From Pseudomonas aeruginosa (GTDB lineage: Bacteria; Pseudomonadota; Gammaproteobacteria; Pseudomonadales; Pseudomonadaceae): a stretch of 32,000 nucleotides of DNA. The stretch is from contig NZ_LN831024.1 in NCBI RefSeq assembly GCF_001457615.1, positions 3,720,001 to 3,752,000 on the forward strand, written 5' to 3'. Below, in pieces: positions 17,716-27,983 of this stretch (its first letter is position 1; each line of letters starts with the position of its first letter). A program made the position numbers and the translations under genes. The notes under the pieces are model-generated. The model worked only from the letters and a program-made list of their open reading frames with translations, did no database searches and was not told the origin of the DNA.

Positions 17716-19245
17716 ATGCCCGATATTCGTTGTATCGCCGTGGTCGGTACCGGTGCGATGGGCACCGGGATCGCCCAGATCGCCGCCCAGGCCGGCCTGA
17801 CTGTGTGGCTGTTCGACAGCCGCGCCGAGGCCGCCGCCGAGGCACGCCAGCGCCTGCGGCAGACCTTCGAGAGCCTGTGCGGCAAAGGCAAGCTGAGCGC
17901 CGCCGACGCCGAGGCCGCGCAAAACCGGCTGCGGGTGGCGGAACGCCTGGAACAACTGGGCGACTGCGAACTGGTGGTGGAGGCCATCGTCGAGCGCCTG
18001 GAGGCCAAGCAGGAATTGCTGCGCCGGCTGGAAGCCATAGTCGCGCCGGAGACCATCCTCGCCAGCAATACCTCGTCGTTGTCGATCACCGCCATCGCCG
18101 CCGCCTGCGAGCGGCCGCAGCGGGTCGCCGGCTTTCACTTCTTCAACCCGGTGCCGCTGATGCGCGTGGTCGAGGTGGTCGACGGCCTGGCCAGCGCTCC
18201 GGAAGTCGGCGACGCCCTGCTCGCCCTCGCCGCGCGCCTGGGCCACCGCGGCGTACGGACCAAGGACAGCCCCGGCTTCATCGTCAACCATGCCGGCCGC
18301 GCCTATGGCACCGAGGCCCTGCGCATCCTCGGCGAAGGCGTCGCCGAATGCGCCGAGATCGACCGTGTGCTGCGCGAGTGTGCCGGCTTCCGCATGGGGC
18401 CGTTCGAACTGCTCGATCTTACCGGCCTCGACGTGTCGCACCCGGTAATGGAATCGATCTACCAGCAGTACTACCAGGAACCGCGCTACCGCCCGCACCC
18501 GCTGACCCGCCAGTTGCTCGCCGCCGGCCGTCTCGGGCGCAAGAGCGGCCAGGGCTTCTATCGCTACGTCGGCGGCCAGCCGCAGGACAAGCCCGGTCCG
18601 CAACCGGTGCCGCAGGCCGCCATCCGGCCCCCGGTGTGGCTGGGCTGCGAAAACGAGGACGACCGCCGCACGCTCGCCGAACTGCTGCATCGCCTCGGCG
18701 TCGAGCCGGAAACCGGCGAACGCCCTTCCGCCGCAGCGCTCTGCCTGCTGGCCGCCTGGGGCGAGGACCTGAGCAGCGCCGTGCAGCGCTTCGCCTGTCC
18801 CGCCGAGCGCAGCGTCGGCATCGACCTGCTCTGCGACCTCGAGCGCCGGCGCTGCCTGATGCTCTCGCCACTGACTACCCCGGCCATGCGCGACGCCGCC
18901 CACGCGCTACTGGCTGGCGACGGCGCCGGGGTCACGGTGCTGCGCGACAGTCCCGGCTTCGTCGTCCAGCGGGTACTGGCGATGATCGTCAACCTCGCCT
19001 GCGACATCGCCCAGCAGGGCATTGCCAGCGTCGAGGATATCGACCAGGCGGTGCACCTCGGCCTCGGCTATCCCCACGGCCCGCTGGAATGGGGCGACCG
19101 CCTCGGCCCGCGGCGCCTGCTGAGCATTCTCCAGCGCCTGCAGGCGCTTACCGGTGACCCGCGCTACCGGCCCAGTCCCTGGCTGCGCCGACGAGCGCAA
19201 CTGGGCATGTCCCTGCGCGCCGGCGAAACCGCCGCGGTAGGCTGA
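17716..19245 (+). CDS. 3-hydroxyacyl-CoA dehydrogenase, long (PaaH-like) form
   Basis: 509 aa with the Rossmann motif VVGTGAMGTGIA and the NTSSL motif. It is about 200 aa longer than short-chain HBD enzymes, which is consistent with a second C-terminal domain. It starts 3 nt after the hydratase stop. Confidence 0.9.
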   Translation: MPDIRCIAVVGTGAMGTGIAQIAAQAGLTVWLFDSRAEAAAEARQRLRQTFESLCGKGKLSAADAEAAQNRLRVAERLEQLGDCELVVEAIVERLEAKQELLRRLEAIVAPETILASNTSSLSITAIAAACERPQRVAGFHFFNPVPLMRVVEVVDGLASAPEVGDALLALAARLGHRGVRTKDSPGFIVNHAGRAYGTEALRILGEGVAECAEIDRVLRECAGFRMGPFELLDLTGLDVSHPVMESIYQQYYQEPRYRPHPLTRQLLAAGRLGRKSGQGFYRYVGGQPQDKPGPQPVPQAAIRPPVWLGCENEDDRRTLAELLHRLGVEPETGERPSAAALCLLAAWGEDLSSAVQRFACPAERSVGIDLLCDLERRRCLMLSPLTTPAMRDAAHALLAGDGAGVTVLRDSPGFVVQRVLAMIVNLACDIAQQGIASVEDIDQAVHLGLGYPHGPLEWGDRLGPRRLLSILQRLQALTGDPRYRPSPWLRRRAQLGMSLRAGETAAVG

Positions 19246-19256
19246 CGCATCGGCGA

Positions 19257-19303
19257 CCTGGCGACGCAGCGCCATGCGTCTCGCCGCCAGGCCAACGCTT
19301 TTT
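19257..19303 (+). terminator. Possible intrinsic terminator after the dehydrogenase gene (imperfect)
   Basis: The stem is interrupted: CCTGGC (19257-19262) pairs with GCCAGG (19286-19291), and GACGCA (19263-19268) pairs with TGCGTC (19275-19280), with a 5-nt bulge between them. A TTTTT run follows at 19299-19303, 7 nt after the stem. The geometry is not ideal. Confidence 0.3.
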
Positions 19304-19367
19304 CCCCGAGCGACGCTTTCCGGGCTTGCAGCTGCCGAGGTATCCTGCGCGCAAATTCATCCGATGA

Positions 19368-20030
19368 TTGGATGTTTCTTCCGTGACCATTCCCCTCAAG
19401 CGCTCCCTGGTGGACATCGCCCTGGAGCAGATCCGCCAGCGCATCGACGCCGGCCATTGGCCGCTCGGCCAGCGCCTGCCGCCGGAGCCGGAACTCGCCG
19501 AGCTGCTCGGCATGAGCCGCAACACCGTGCGCGAAGCGGTGCGCGTGCTGACCTTCTCCGGCGTGCTGGAAGTCCGCCAGGGCGACGGCACCTACGTGCG
19601 CGCCTGCGCCGATCCGCTGGAAACCATGCTGGTGCTGGCGCGCAGCGCGGTGCAGCACTCCCTGGAGGCACGCGGGATGATCGAGATCGAGGCGGCGCGC
19701 CTGGCTGCCGTTCGCCGCGACGACAGCGACCTGAGCGCATTGCGCGAGCATCTCGACGCTTCGCGCCAGCGCTACGGCAGCGACGACCTGCAGGACTACA
19801 TCGAGCACGACGTCCGCTTCCACCAACGGATGGTCGATGCCGCCCACAATCCGGTGCTCAGCGAACTCTACCGCTACTTCTCGCAGGTCATCCGGACCTC
19901 GCTGGAACGCACCATGGCCGACCCACAAAGGGCCCAGCCCTGCTTCGAGCTGCACCAGCAACTGCTCGACGCCATAGAACGCGGAGACCCGGACGCTGCC
20001 GCCGCGGCCAACCGCGCACTGCTGATCTGA
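19368..20030 (+). CDS. GntR-family (FadR/FCD subfamily) transcriptional regulator
   Basis: It has an N-terminal GntR winged HTH (PPEPELAELLGMSRNTVREAVRVLTFSGVLEVRQGDGTYV) and a helical FCD-type C-terminal domain. The start is uncertain: 19368 is a TTG, and GTGs at 19383 and 19410 are in frame. No in-frame ATG exists near the N-terminus. Confidence 0.85.
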   Translation: MDVSSVTIPLKRSLVDIALEQIRQRIDAGHWPLGQRLPPEPELAELLGMSRNTVREAVRVLTFSGVLEVRQGDGTYVRACADPLETMLVLARSAVQHSLEARGMIEIEAARLAAVRRDDSDLSALREHLDASRQRYGSDDLQDYIEHDVRFHQRMVDAAHNPVLSELYRYFSQVIRTSLERTMADPQRAQPCFELHQQLLDAIERGDPDAAAAANRALLI

Positions 20031-20045
20031 ACCCGGGACAGACCC

Positions 20046-21320
20046 ATGACTCACGCCTTGAATGCCCGGCCGGGAGCGCATCCCGGCCATCCTCCGGAAG
20101 AACTGCTGATCGATGCCGAAGTCGACGACGAACCAGTTCCGCCGGCGCCGCCACTACGCCCCTGGCTGCTCCTGCTGGGCCTGGTGCTGGTGGCGCTGAA
20201 CCTGCGCCCGGCGCTGTCCAGCCTCGCCCCCCTGCTCAACCAGGTGCGCGACGATACCGGCCTCTCGGCCGCTGCCGCCGGCCTGCTGACCACCGCGCCG
20301 GTACTCTGCCTGGGATTGTTCGCGCCGCTCGCGCCGCGCCTGGCCCGGCGTATCGGCGCCGAGCGCAGTGTGCTGCTGATCCTCTTCTGCCTGGCCGGCG
20401 GCATCGTCCTGCGCAGCCTGTTCCCGGTGTTCGGCCTGTTCGCCGGCAGCGTCCTGGCCGGCGCCAGCATCGGCATCATCGGCGTGCTCCTGCCGGGCAT
20501 CGTCAAACGCGACTTCCCGCGCCAGGCCGGGGTGATGACCGGGGTCTACACCATGGCCCTGTGCCTGGGCGCAGCGCTCGCCGCCGGCGCTACCGCGCCG
20601 CTGGAGAAGCTCTTCGGCAACTGGGAACTGGCGCTGGCGTTCTGGTCGCTGCCGGCGATCCTCGCCGCCGCCTTCTGGCTGCCGCAGACCCGCCAGGGCC
20701 AGCACGCCCATCGCCAGGCCTTCCGTGTCATCGGCCTGTGGCGCGACCCGCTGGCCTGGCAGGTCACGCTGTACATGGGCCTGCAATCGTCCCTGGCCTA
20801 CATCGTCTTCGGTTGGCTGCCGTCGATCCTGATCGACCGCGGCATGACTGCGGTGGAAGCCGGCCTGGTGCTGTCCGGCTCGGTGATGCTGCAACTGATC
20901 ACCGCCCTGCTCGCGCCCTGGCTCGCCGCTCGCGCCAGGGACCAGCGCCTGGCGGTGGTGCTGGTGATGGCGACCACCCTCGCCGGCCTGCTCGGCTTCC
21001 TCTATGCGCCGCTGCAGACCATCTGGGGCTGGGCGGTCCTGCTCGGCCTCGGCCAGGGCGGTACCTTCAGCATCGCCCTGGCGCTGATCGTCCTGCGCTC
21101 GCGCGACGCCCACGTCGCCTCGCATCTGTCGGGCATGGCCCAGGGCGTCGGCTACACCCTGGCGGCCATGGGGCCGTTCATGGTCGGCGTGGTCCACGAC
21201 CTGACCGGCGGCTGGAACGCGGTCGGCTATATCTTCATCGGCGTCGCCATCGCCGCCACCCTGTTCGGCCTCGGCGCCGGGCGCAGCCAGTACGTGGGGG
21301 CCCGCAGCGAACACCTGTAG
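20046..21320 (+). CDS. MFS transporter, CynX/YeaN-like
   Basis: 424 aa with an ATG start 15 nt after the GntR stop. It has about 12 predicted hydrophobic segments, and the N-terminal core LNLRPALSSLAPLL resembles the cyanate-permease-like MFS subfamily. About 40 residues of acidic/Pro-rich N-terminal tail precede the first helix. Confidence 0.85.
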   Translation: MTHALNARPGAHPGHPPEELLIDAEVDDEPVPPAPPLRPWLLLLGLVLVALNLRPALSSLAPLLNQVRDDTGLSAAAAGLLTTAPVLCLGLFAPLAPRLARRIGAERSVLLILFCLAGGIVLRSLFPVFGLFAGSVLAGASIGIIGVLLPGIVKRDFPRQAGVMTGVYTMALCLGAALAAGATAPLEKLFGNWELALAFWSLPAILAAAFWLPQTRQGQHAHRQAFRVIGLWRDPLAWQVTLYMGLQSSLAYIVFGWLPSILIDRGMTAVEAGLVLSGSVMLQLITALLAPWLAARARDQRLAVVLVMATTLAGLLGFLYAPLQTIWGWAVLLGLGQGGTFSIALALIVLRSRDAHVASHLSGMAQGVGYTLAAMGPFMVGVVHDLTGGWNAVGYIFIGVAIAATLFGLGAGRSQYVGARSEHL

Positions 21321-21332
21321 CCCCGCAGACGC

Positions 21333-21359
21333 AAAAAGCCCCGCATCGCGGGGCTTTTT
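21333..21359. terminator. Bidirectional rho-independent terminator between convergent genes
   Basis: AAAAAGCCCCGC-ATC-GCGGGGCTTTTT: an 8-bp GC stem (21337-21344 / 21348-21355) with a 3-nt loop. A5 and T5 runs flank it, so either strand ends in a U tract. It lies between the MFS stop (21320) and the AI-2E-family stop (21372). Confidence 0.9.
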
Positions 21360-21371
21360 CTCCTTCGTCAC

Positions 21372-22439
21372 TCAGGCATCCGGGCCGCGCCCTTCGGCGG
21401 GCGGCGTCCGCGGCGTGCTGGCGATCCAGTCGCTGAGCAGGTTGTAGGCCACTGCCAGCAGGATCGGGCCGAGGAACAGGCCCATGAAGCCGAACGCCAG
21501 CAGGCCGCCGAATACCCCGAGCAGCACCACCACCAGCGGCAGGTTGCCGCCACGGCTGATCAGGTAGGGTTTGAGGATGTTGTCCACCCCGCTGATGATG
21601 AAGAAGCCCCACAGGCCGAGGAACACCCCGTGGCCATAGTCGCCCTTGAAGAACAGCCAGGCGGTGGCCGGACCCCAGACCAGCGGCGGGACCATCAGCA
21701 GGCTGCAGGCGAAGGTCAGCAGGCCGAGCAGCATGGCTCCCGGTACGCCGGCGATCATGAAGCCGATCCAGGCCAGCAGGGCTTGCGCCGCGGCGGTACC
21801 GATCACCCCGTTGACCACCCGCTGTACGGTGCCGGCGACAAGGTCGCGATAGTGCTCCGCGCGGTTGCCGATCAGGCGCTCCAGGGCACGGTGGACGATG
21901 GACTCCAGGCGCGGCCCGTCGCGGTAGAAGAAGAAGATCAGGATCAGGCTGAGGACCAGTTCCAGGATCCCTCCGCCGATCTTCGCGCTGCGCGCCAGCA
22001 GCCAGTTGCCGACCTCGCCGACATAGGGCTTGAGCACGTAGAAGAACGCCACGCCCTGTTGGTCGATGGAGTCCCACCAGCCGATCAGGCGGTCGCCGAT
22101 CAGCGGTACGCCGGCCATCCACGAAGGCGGCGGCGGCAGGCCCTCGACCTGGAGATTCTTCAGCAGCTCCATCAGCGAGCGAACGTTGTCCGCCAGGCCG
22201 AAGCCGAGCCAGATCAGCGGCAATGCCACCAGGACGATCCAGCCCAGGGTCAGCAGGCCCGCCGCCAGCGACTCGCGGCCACCGAGCAGGCGCGTGAGCA
22301 TGCGCATCAGCGGCCAACTGGCGAAAGCCAGCACCGCGGCCCAGAACAGCGCCGACCAGAATGGCGCCAGCACCCAGAGACTGGCACCGAGCAGACCGAA
22401 CAGCAGCACGCGAAGCAACAGCCGATCGTTATCGAACAT
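21372..22439 (-). CDS. AI-2E family (PerM/UPF0118) membrane transporter
   Basis: About 355 aa of polytopic membrane protein starting MFDNDRLLLRVLLFGLLGASLWVLAPFWSALFWAAVLAFASWPL, typical of the AI-2E/YdiK family. I prefer the ATG at 22439; the track start at 22442 is a TTG one codon upstream. GAGGAAGG lies about 9 nt upstream. Confidence 0.85.
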   Translation of the reverse strand: MFDNDRLLLRVLLFGLLGASLWVLAPFWSALFWAAVLAFASWPLMRMLTRLLGGRESLAAGLLTLGWIVLVALPLIWLGFGLADNVRSLMELLKNLQVEGLPPPPSWMAGVPLIGDRLIGWWDSIDQQGVAFFYVLKPYVGEVGNWLLARSAKIGGGILELVLSLILIFFFYRDGPRLESIVHRALERLIGNRAEHYRDLVAGTVQRVVNGVIGTAAAQALLAWIGFMIAGVPGAMLLGLLTFACSLLMVPPLVWGPATAWLFFKGDYGHGVFLGLWGFFIISGVDNILKPYLISRGGNLPLVVVLLGVFGGLLAFGFMGLFLGPILLAVAYNLLSDWIASTPRTPPAEGRGPDA

Positions 22440-22573
22440 CAAGGCAGGCCTTCCTCAAAGGGGGATACACCGATAGACAGCGCTCGGCGTGCGCCGTTTC
22501 CAGCCGGAGCGTGGGGCGCGGGGGAAAGGCAGTCTACTCTGGCGGGCGGCCTTGCCGAAGGCATTTTCGCCAT

Positions 22574-22597
22574 CGCCCGGGCCCGCAGGCCCGGGCG
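22574..22597 (-). other. Perfect 10-bp GC stem-loop just after the 22605-23411 gene (possible terminator lacking a U tract)
   Basis: CGCCCGGGCC (22574-22583) pairs with GGCCCGGGCG (22588-22597) around a 4-nt loop. It starts 7 nt after the stop codon. In the direction of transcription it is followed by AUGGCGAAAAUGCC rather than a U run. Confidence 0.4.
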
Positions 22598-22604
22598 AAC
22601 GCGT

Positions 22605-23411
22605 TCAACGCAGCCAGTTGAGGTGCAGGCCCTCGACCTCCGACTGGCCCAGATCCATGCGGCTGTTCAGCACGCCCTGCCCGCGCAGGGCGTCGCGCCA
22701 CTCCTGGGCGTGCTTGCCGGACAGCTCGACCCGCACCCCGGTATCCAGGCGCAGGGTCCGCACCAGCAGCTCCAACCAGGAGCCGGCCGGCTCCGCCGGC
22801 ACATGGCTGAGGGTCAGTTCGCCGTTGGCCTTGAGCAGGCGCAGCAGGGTCGCCGGGCTCGGCAGCAGTTCCGCCAGCGGCGCATCGGCCTTGAGCTCCT
22901 CGGCCTGCAGGTAGGCGCGGCGATTGCCACGGGTGATCGAGTAGACCGCCACCAGGCTGTTCTCCTGCGGCGCCGCCAGACGCACCAGCAGGTAGGCCTG
23001 CTGCTCGTCCGGGCCGTACAGCTTGGCATTGCCGAACACGGCGTTGGCCAGCAGGCTGCTGGAGCCGCAGTCGCGTCGCTCGCACCAGAACAACGGCGTG
23101 GCGTCGGCCTTGAGCAGCGCGGTGCGCGCCGCGGCGAACGCCTCCTGGCTGCTGTGCTCGGGCGGCAAGCGGTAGGTCAGTGCGGTCAGCTCGCCTTCGG
23201 CGCGCACCTCGCCCTCCATGCGCAGGCGACCGCTGATGCGACTGATCGCCCCTAGCGGGTAGATCCGTTCCTCACTCGGCGCCTGACGGAAGTCGACGAT
23301 CTCGGCGCGCGGGAAGCGCGGCAGGATGTCCAGGTCATGGCTGCCGGGAAGGTCGGCGGCCAGCGCCGAAAAGCTGAAAACGCCCAGGGATAGCAACAGG
23401 AACCCTCGCAT
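22605..23411 (-). CDS. Secreted protein of unknown function (I recall homologues labelled DUF4892; unverified)
   Basis: The ATG at 23411 gives 268 aa. The signal peptide is MRGFLLLSLGVFSFSALA|AD, and GAGGG lies upstream. I recognise no catalytic motif. The track start at 23423 is a TTG overlapping the GST stop. Confidence 0.7.
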   Translation of the reverse strand: MRGFLLLSLGVFSFSALAADLPGSHDLDILPRFPRAEIVDFRQAPSEERIYPLGAISRISGRLRMEGEVRAEGELTALTYRLPPEHSSQEAFAAARTALLKADATPLFWCERRDCGSSSLLANAVFGNAKLYGPDEQQAYLLVRLAAPQENSLVAVYSITRGNRRAYLQAEELKADAPLAELLPSPATLLRLLKANGELTLSHVPAEPAGSWLELLVRTLRLDTGVRVELSGKHAQEWRDALRGQGVLNSRMDLGQSEVEGLHLNWLR

Positions 23412-23419
23412 ACCGGCCC

Positions 23420-25018
<1,599 letters not shown>

Positions 25019-25022
<4 letters not shown>

Positions 25023-25831
25023 GCCGAACGCTCCTCGGTCGCCCGCGACCAGCGATCGAACACGCCTTTCAGCAGTTCGGCGGTTTCCCGCGGGCGCTCC
25101 AGCGGGAACATGTGGCCGCCGGGCAGCGACATGAACTCGCCGCGCGGCATCGCCCGGATCAGCCGGGTGTGGTGCGGCAACACCACCTTGCTGTGCCGCC
25201 CGCGCACCATCGCCAGCGGCACCTGCAACTGTCGTGGACGCCCTGGGCTGCTGTGCGGCACGCTACGGTAGATGCTGATCTCGGTGGCCGGATCGAAGCG
25301 CAGGCGCAGGCCGGAACCGCCGCCGCTGTCGGCCAGCCCGTGGCGTACGTAGGCCTCCAGGCAATCGGGGTCGAAGCGGCGGAACAGCGCCTTGCCGGAG
25401 AAGTACGCCCGCGCCTCTTCCAGGTCGGGGAACGCCTCGCGACGCCCCAGGGTGCGCCCGGCCGGAGTGATCCGGTCGATGAAGCCGAAGCGCTTGGCGG
25501 CACGGATCACCAGGCGGTCGGCGAGGGTCAGCACCGGCGAATCGAGCATCACCACGCCGCGGTAGAGTTCCGGCCGGCGCAGCGCCGCGTGGTAGTGCAG
25601 CACGCCGCCGAGGGAATGGCCGACGCCCCAGACCGGCTGTTCCAGGCTGGCGAGGTGGTGCAGCAGTTCGTCCACCAGGTTGTCCCAGTTGTCGTTCACC
25701 GGAAAACGCGGGTCGTGCCCGTGCATTTCCAGGTGATCCACCCGATACTCCGGCGCCAACGCCTCGAACAGCTTGGCGTAGGTAGCCGACGGGAAGCCGT
25801 TGGCGTGGGCGAAGAAAACCGATTGCGACAT
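25019..25831 (-). CDS. Alpha/beta-fold hydrolase (second, divergent)
   Basis: The ATG at 25831 gives 270 aa starting MSQSVFFAHANGFPSATYAKLFEAL..., with the nucleophile elbow GHSLGG. The track ORF 25019..25891 adds 20 codons of doubtful extension. Confidence 0.85.
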
Positions 25832-25932
25832 GCGCGACGTCTCGACAGGGCTGATGCCAGGGATTCTCCGGCAGCCTCGCCGAGGCGGCAATGGCTTTGC
25901 CGGCTGCCTTGCACGGCGAAGCGGCCAAAACC

Positions 25933-26574
25933 TCAGGCAGAGCGGACGAGATGCTCGAGGATCGCCGCCGCCACCAGCAGGAACACCACCCCGCAGGCCG
26001 CGTCCAGCCAGGGCACCGCGCGCAACAGGCGGGTCTGCAGGGCCGGGCGGGTAAGGGTCAGGCTGAGCAGGCCGAACCAGCAGGCGCCCATGCCGAACAG
26101 CAGCGCCGCCACCGCCAGTTTGCCGCCGAGCGACATCTGCGCGGGAATCAGGCTGCCGAGCAAGGCGATGAAGAACACCAGCGCCTTGGGATTGAACAGA
26201 TTGGTCGCCACTCCGCGCAGCCAGGGCCCCAGGGGCGACGGCGGCAGTGCCCCGTCGAGCCGGCCCGGCTGGCCGTCGCCGCGCCGCAGCCAGGCGCGCA
26301 GCGCGCCGACGCCGAGCCAGGCCAGGTACAGCGCGCCGAGCGCCTGCAGGATGGCGAACAGCACAGGCGTACGGCTGAGCAGCAGCGACACGCCGGTCAG
26401 CACCAGGGTGGTATGCAGGAGAATCCCGCAGGCCAGCCCCAGCGCGCTGGCCAGGCCGGCCCGCCGCCCCTGGTGCAGGGACGTGCGCACCACCAGGGCG
26501 ACATCGGGACCGGGGCTGACCAGGGCTATGGCGAACACCGCCGCCAGGGTCAGCAAGACAGACAATTCCTGCAT
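25933..26574 (-). CDS. LysE/RhtB-family amino-acid (or small-metabolite) exporter
   Basis: The ATG at 26574 gives 213 aa starting MQELSVLLTLAAVFAIALVSPGPDVALVV, the characteristic N-terminal SPGP motif. It has about 6 hydrophobic helices, and GGAG lies upstream. Confidence 0.85.
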   Translation of the reverse strand: MQELSVLLTLAAVFAIALVSPGPDVALVVRTSLHQGRRAGLASALGLACGILLHTTLVLTGVSLLLSRTPVLFAILQALGALYLAWLGVGALRAWLRRGDGQPGRLDGALPPSPLGPWLRGVATNLFNPKALVFFIALLGSLIPAQMSLGGKLAVAALLFGMGACWFGLLSLTLTRPALQTRLLRAVPWLDAACGVVFLLVAAAILEHLVRSA

Positions 26575-26614
26575 GGCTACTCCACGAAAAAGGGATCGGA
26601 AAGGAAAACGCGAA

Positions 26615-27439
26615 TCAGCGCTGGCGCAGGCGCGCCGGCGGTAACCCATAGGTGCGCCGGAACAGACGGCTGAAGTGCGCCTGGTCGTAGAAACCGAACT
26701 GCTGGGCCACCTGGCTCAATGGCTGCTCGCCGCGCAGAACCAGCGGCAAGGCGCGCTCCAGGCGCAGTTGGGTCAGCCACTGGTGGGGCGGCAGGCCGCA
26801 GTGACGGCGGAAGCGCCGCAGCACCTGCCAGGGGCTCAGGCCGCAGAAGGCGGCCAGTTCCTCCAGGTTCGGCGGGTACTCCAGGCGCGACTCCAGCCAG
26901 TCGCGCAGCCGCGTCCAGTCGCGCTGGCCGAAGCCTTCCCGGTCGCCCTCCTCCAGGCGCAGGCTGCTGCCCAGGCTGAGCAGGCAGGCCAGCGCCTGCC
27001 AGAGGTGCTCTTCCAGGGCCAGACGGTTCTCCAGCGCCGCCGCTCCGCCGAGCATGCCCAGGTGCAACTGACGCAGGCGCTGCTGCAGACGCTCGTCGCG
27101 GACCAGGCTACTGGTCAGACGCGGCGCCCCCCGACGGCCGTCGCTGAAGTCACGGCTGGCGCGCTCCAGCCAGTCGGCATCGAGCGCCAGGACGCGGATA
27201 CGGTAGCCCTCCTCGCCGGCGCTGCTGCCGTCGTGGATGCTTTCCGGCGCCATCAGCAACGCGTCGCCGGCCCCGGCCAGGCGCCGTTCGCCGCCGGCGG
27301 CATAGCGATGCCGGCCCTGCAACAGCAAGCCGATGTGGTACTCCAGGTGGAAGTGCCGGGGAAAGGAAAAGCGGTTGTGCTCGGCGTCTATCAGGCGTAC
27401 GCCGGGAATCCCGCTGCTGAGATGGGTGACCTGTTCCAT
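26615..27439 (-). CDS. AraC-family transcriptional regulator with a cupin-like N-terminal domain
   Basis: 274 aa. The C-terminal double HTH is LEELAAFCGLSPWQVLRRFRRHCGLPPHQWLTQLRLERAL...FGFYDQAHFSRLFRRTYGLPP. The N-terminal FPRHFHLEYHIGLLLQG is cupin-like. Confidence 0.88.
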   Translation of the reverse strand: MEQVTHLSSGIPGVRLIDAEHNRFSFPRHFHLEYHIGLLLQGRHRYAAGGERRLAGAGDALLMAPESIHDGSSAGEEGYRIRVLALDADWLERASRDFSDGRRGAPRLTSSLVRDERLQQRLRQLHLGMLGGAAALENRLALEEHLWQALACLLSLGSSLRLEEGDREGFGQRDWTRLRDWLESRLEYPPNLEELAAFCGLSPWQVLRRFRRHCGLPPHQWLTQLRLERALPLVLRGEQPLSQVAQQFGFYDQAHFSRLFRRTYGLPPARLRQR

Positions 27440-27496
27440 CCCGCTACTCTACCGCCCGCGGGACGGAACGATCTTGGACAAAATTGCGGACCGCGC

Positions 27497-27934
27497 TCAG
27501 CCCGCCCTGCCCGCCAATGGCACCACCGCCATGGTCAGGCGGGCGATGCAGCTCGGCTTGCCGTCGTCGCCACTGAGGCGGATGTCCCAGACATGGGTGG
27601 TGCGCCCCAGGTGGATCGCCCTGGCCACCGCGGTGACCCGGCCGCTGCGCAGGCCACGCAGGTGGTTGGCGTTCACTTCCAGGCCGACGCAGTAGTACTG
27701 GCTGGTATCGACGCACAGGTAGCTGGCCATCGAGCCCAGGCTTTCCGCGAGGACCACCGAGGCGCCGCCATGCAGCAGGCCGAACGGCTGGTGGGTACGC
27801 GAGTCGACCGGCATGCTGGCGGTCAGCGACTCGTCGTCGAAGGCTTCGAAGCGGATGCCAAGCAGGTCGCCGATGCTGTTCTTCTGCGAGGCGTTCAGTT
27901 GCTCCAGGTCGGGCGTTTGTCGCCAGAGGCTCAT
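27497..27934 (-). CDS. Hotdog-fold acyl-CoA thioesterase (PaaI / YbdB-YdiI type)
   Basis: The ATG at 27934 gives 145 aa. The LHGGASVVLAESLGS motif and ...GRTTHVWDIRL... are typical of the 4HBT class II / PaaI family. Confidence 0.88.
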   Translation of the reverse strand: MSLWRQTPDLEQLNASQKNSIGDLLGIRFEAFDDESLTASMPVDSRTHQPFGLLHGGASVVLAESLGSMASYLCVDTSQYYCVGLEVNANHLRGLRSGRVTAVARAIHLGRTTHVWDIRLSGDDGKPSCIARLTMAVVPLAGRAG

Positions 27935-27953
27935 GGGAATTCCTTGCGCAAGG

Positions 27954-27972
27954 GGGAAGCCAAGGGCTTCCC
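27954..27972 (-). other. 8-bp GC-rich stem-loop between the ligase and thioesterase genes
   Basis: GGGAAGCC (27954-27961) pairs with GGCTTCCC (27965-27972) around a 3-nt loop. It is followed at 27942-27953 by the 12-bp palindrome CCTTGCGCAAGG, whose 3' half is part of the thioesterase Shine-Dalgarno (AAGGA). Confidence 0.45.
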
Positions 27973-27983
27973 GTCGGTGGGAG

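Noticed and set aside
19274-21436. 720-aa + strand ORF covering the GntR and MFS genes in another frame
   Set aside because: It runs straight through the intergenic gap and the terminator. Its translation is almost pure Arg/Pro/Ala/Gly. The two in-frame genes it overlaps have clear family signatures.
25870-25908. Nested GC hairpins (GGCAGCC...GGCTGCC enclosing GGCAA-TGGCT-TTGCC) downstream of the LysE gene
   Set aside because: The alternative pairings compete for the same bases. The stems are only 4-7 bp long with large loops, and no U tract follows. This is not distinguishable from background GC-rich self-complementarity.
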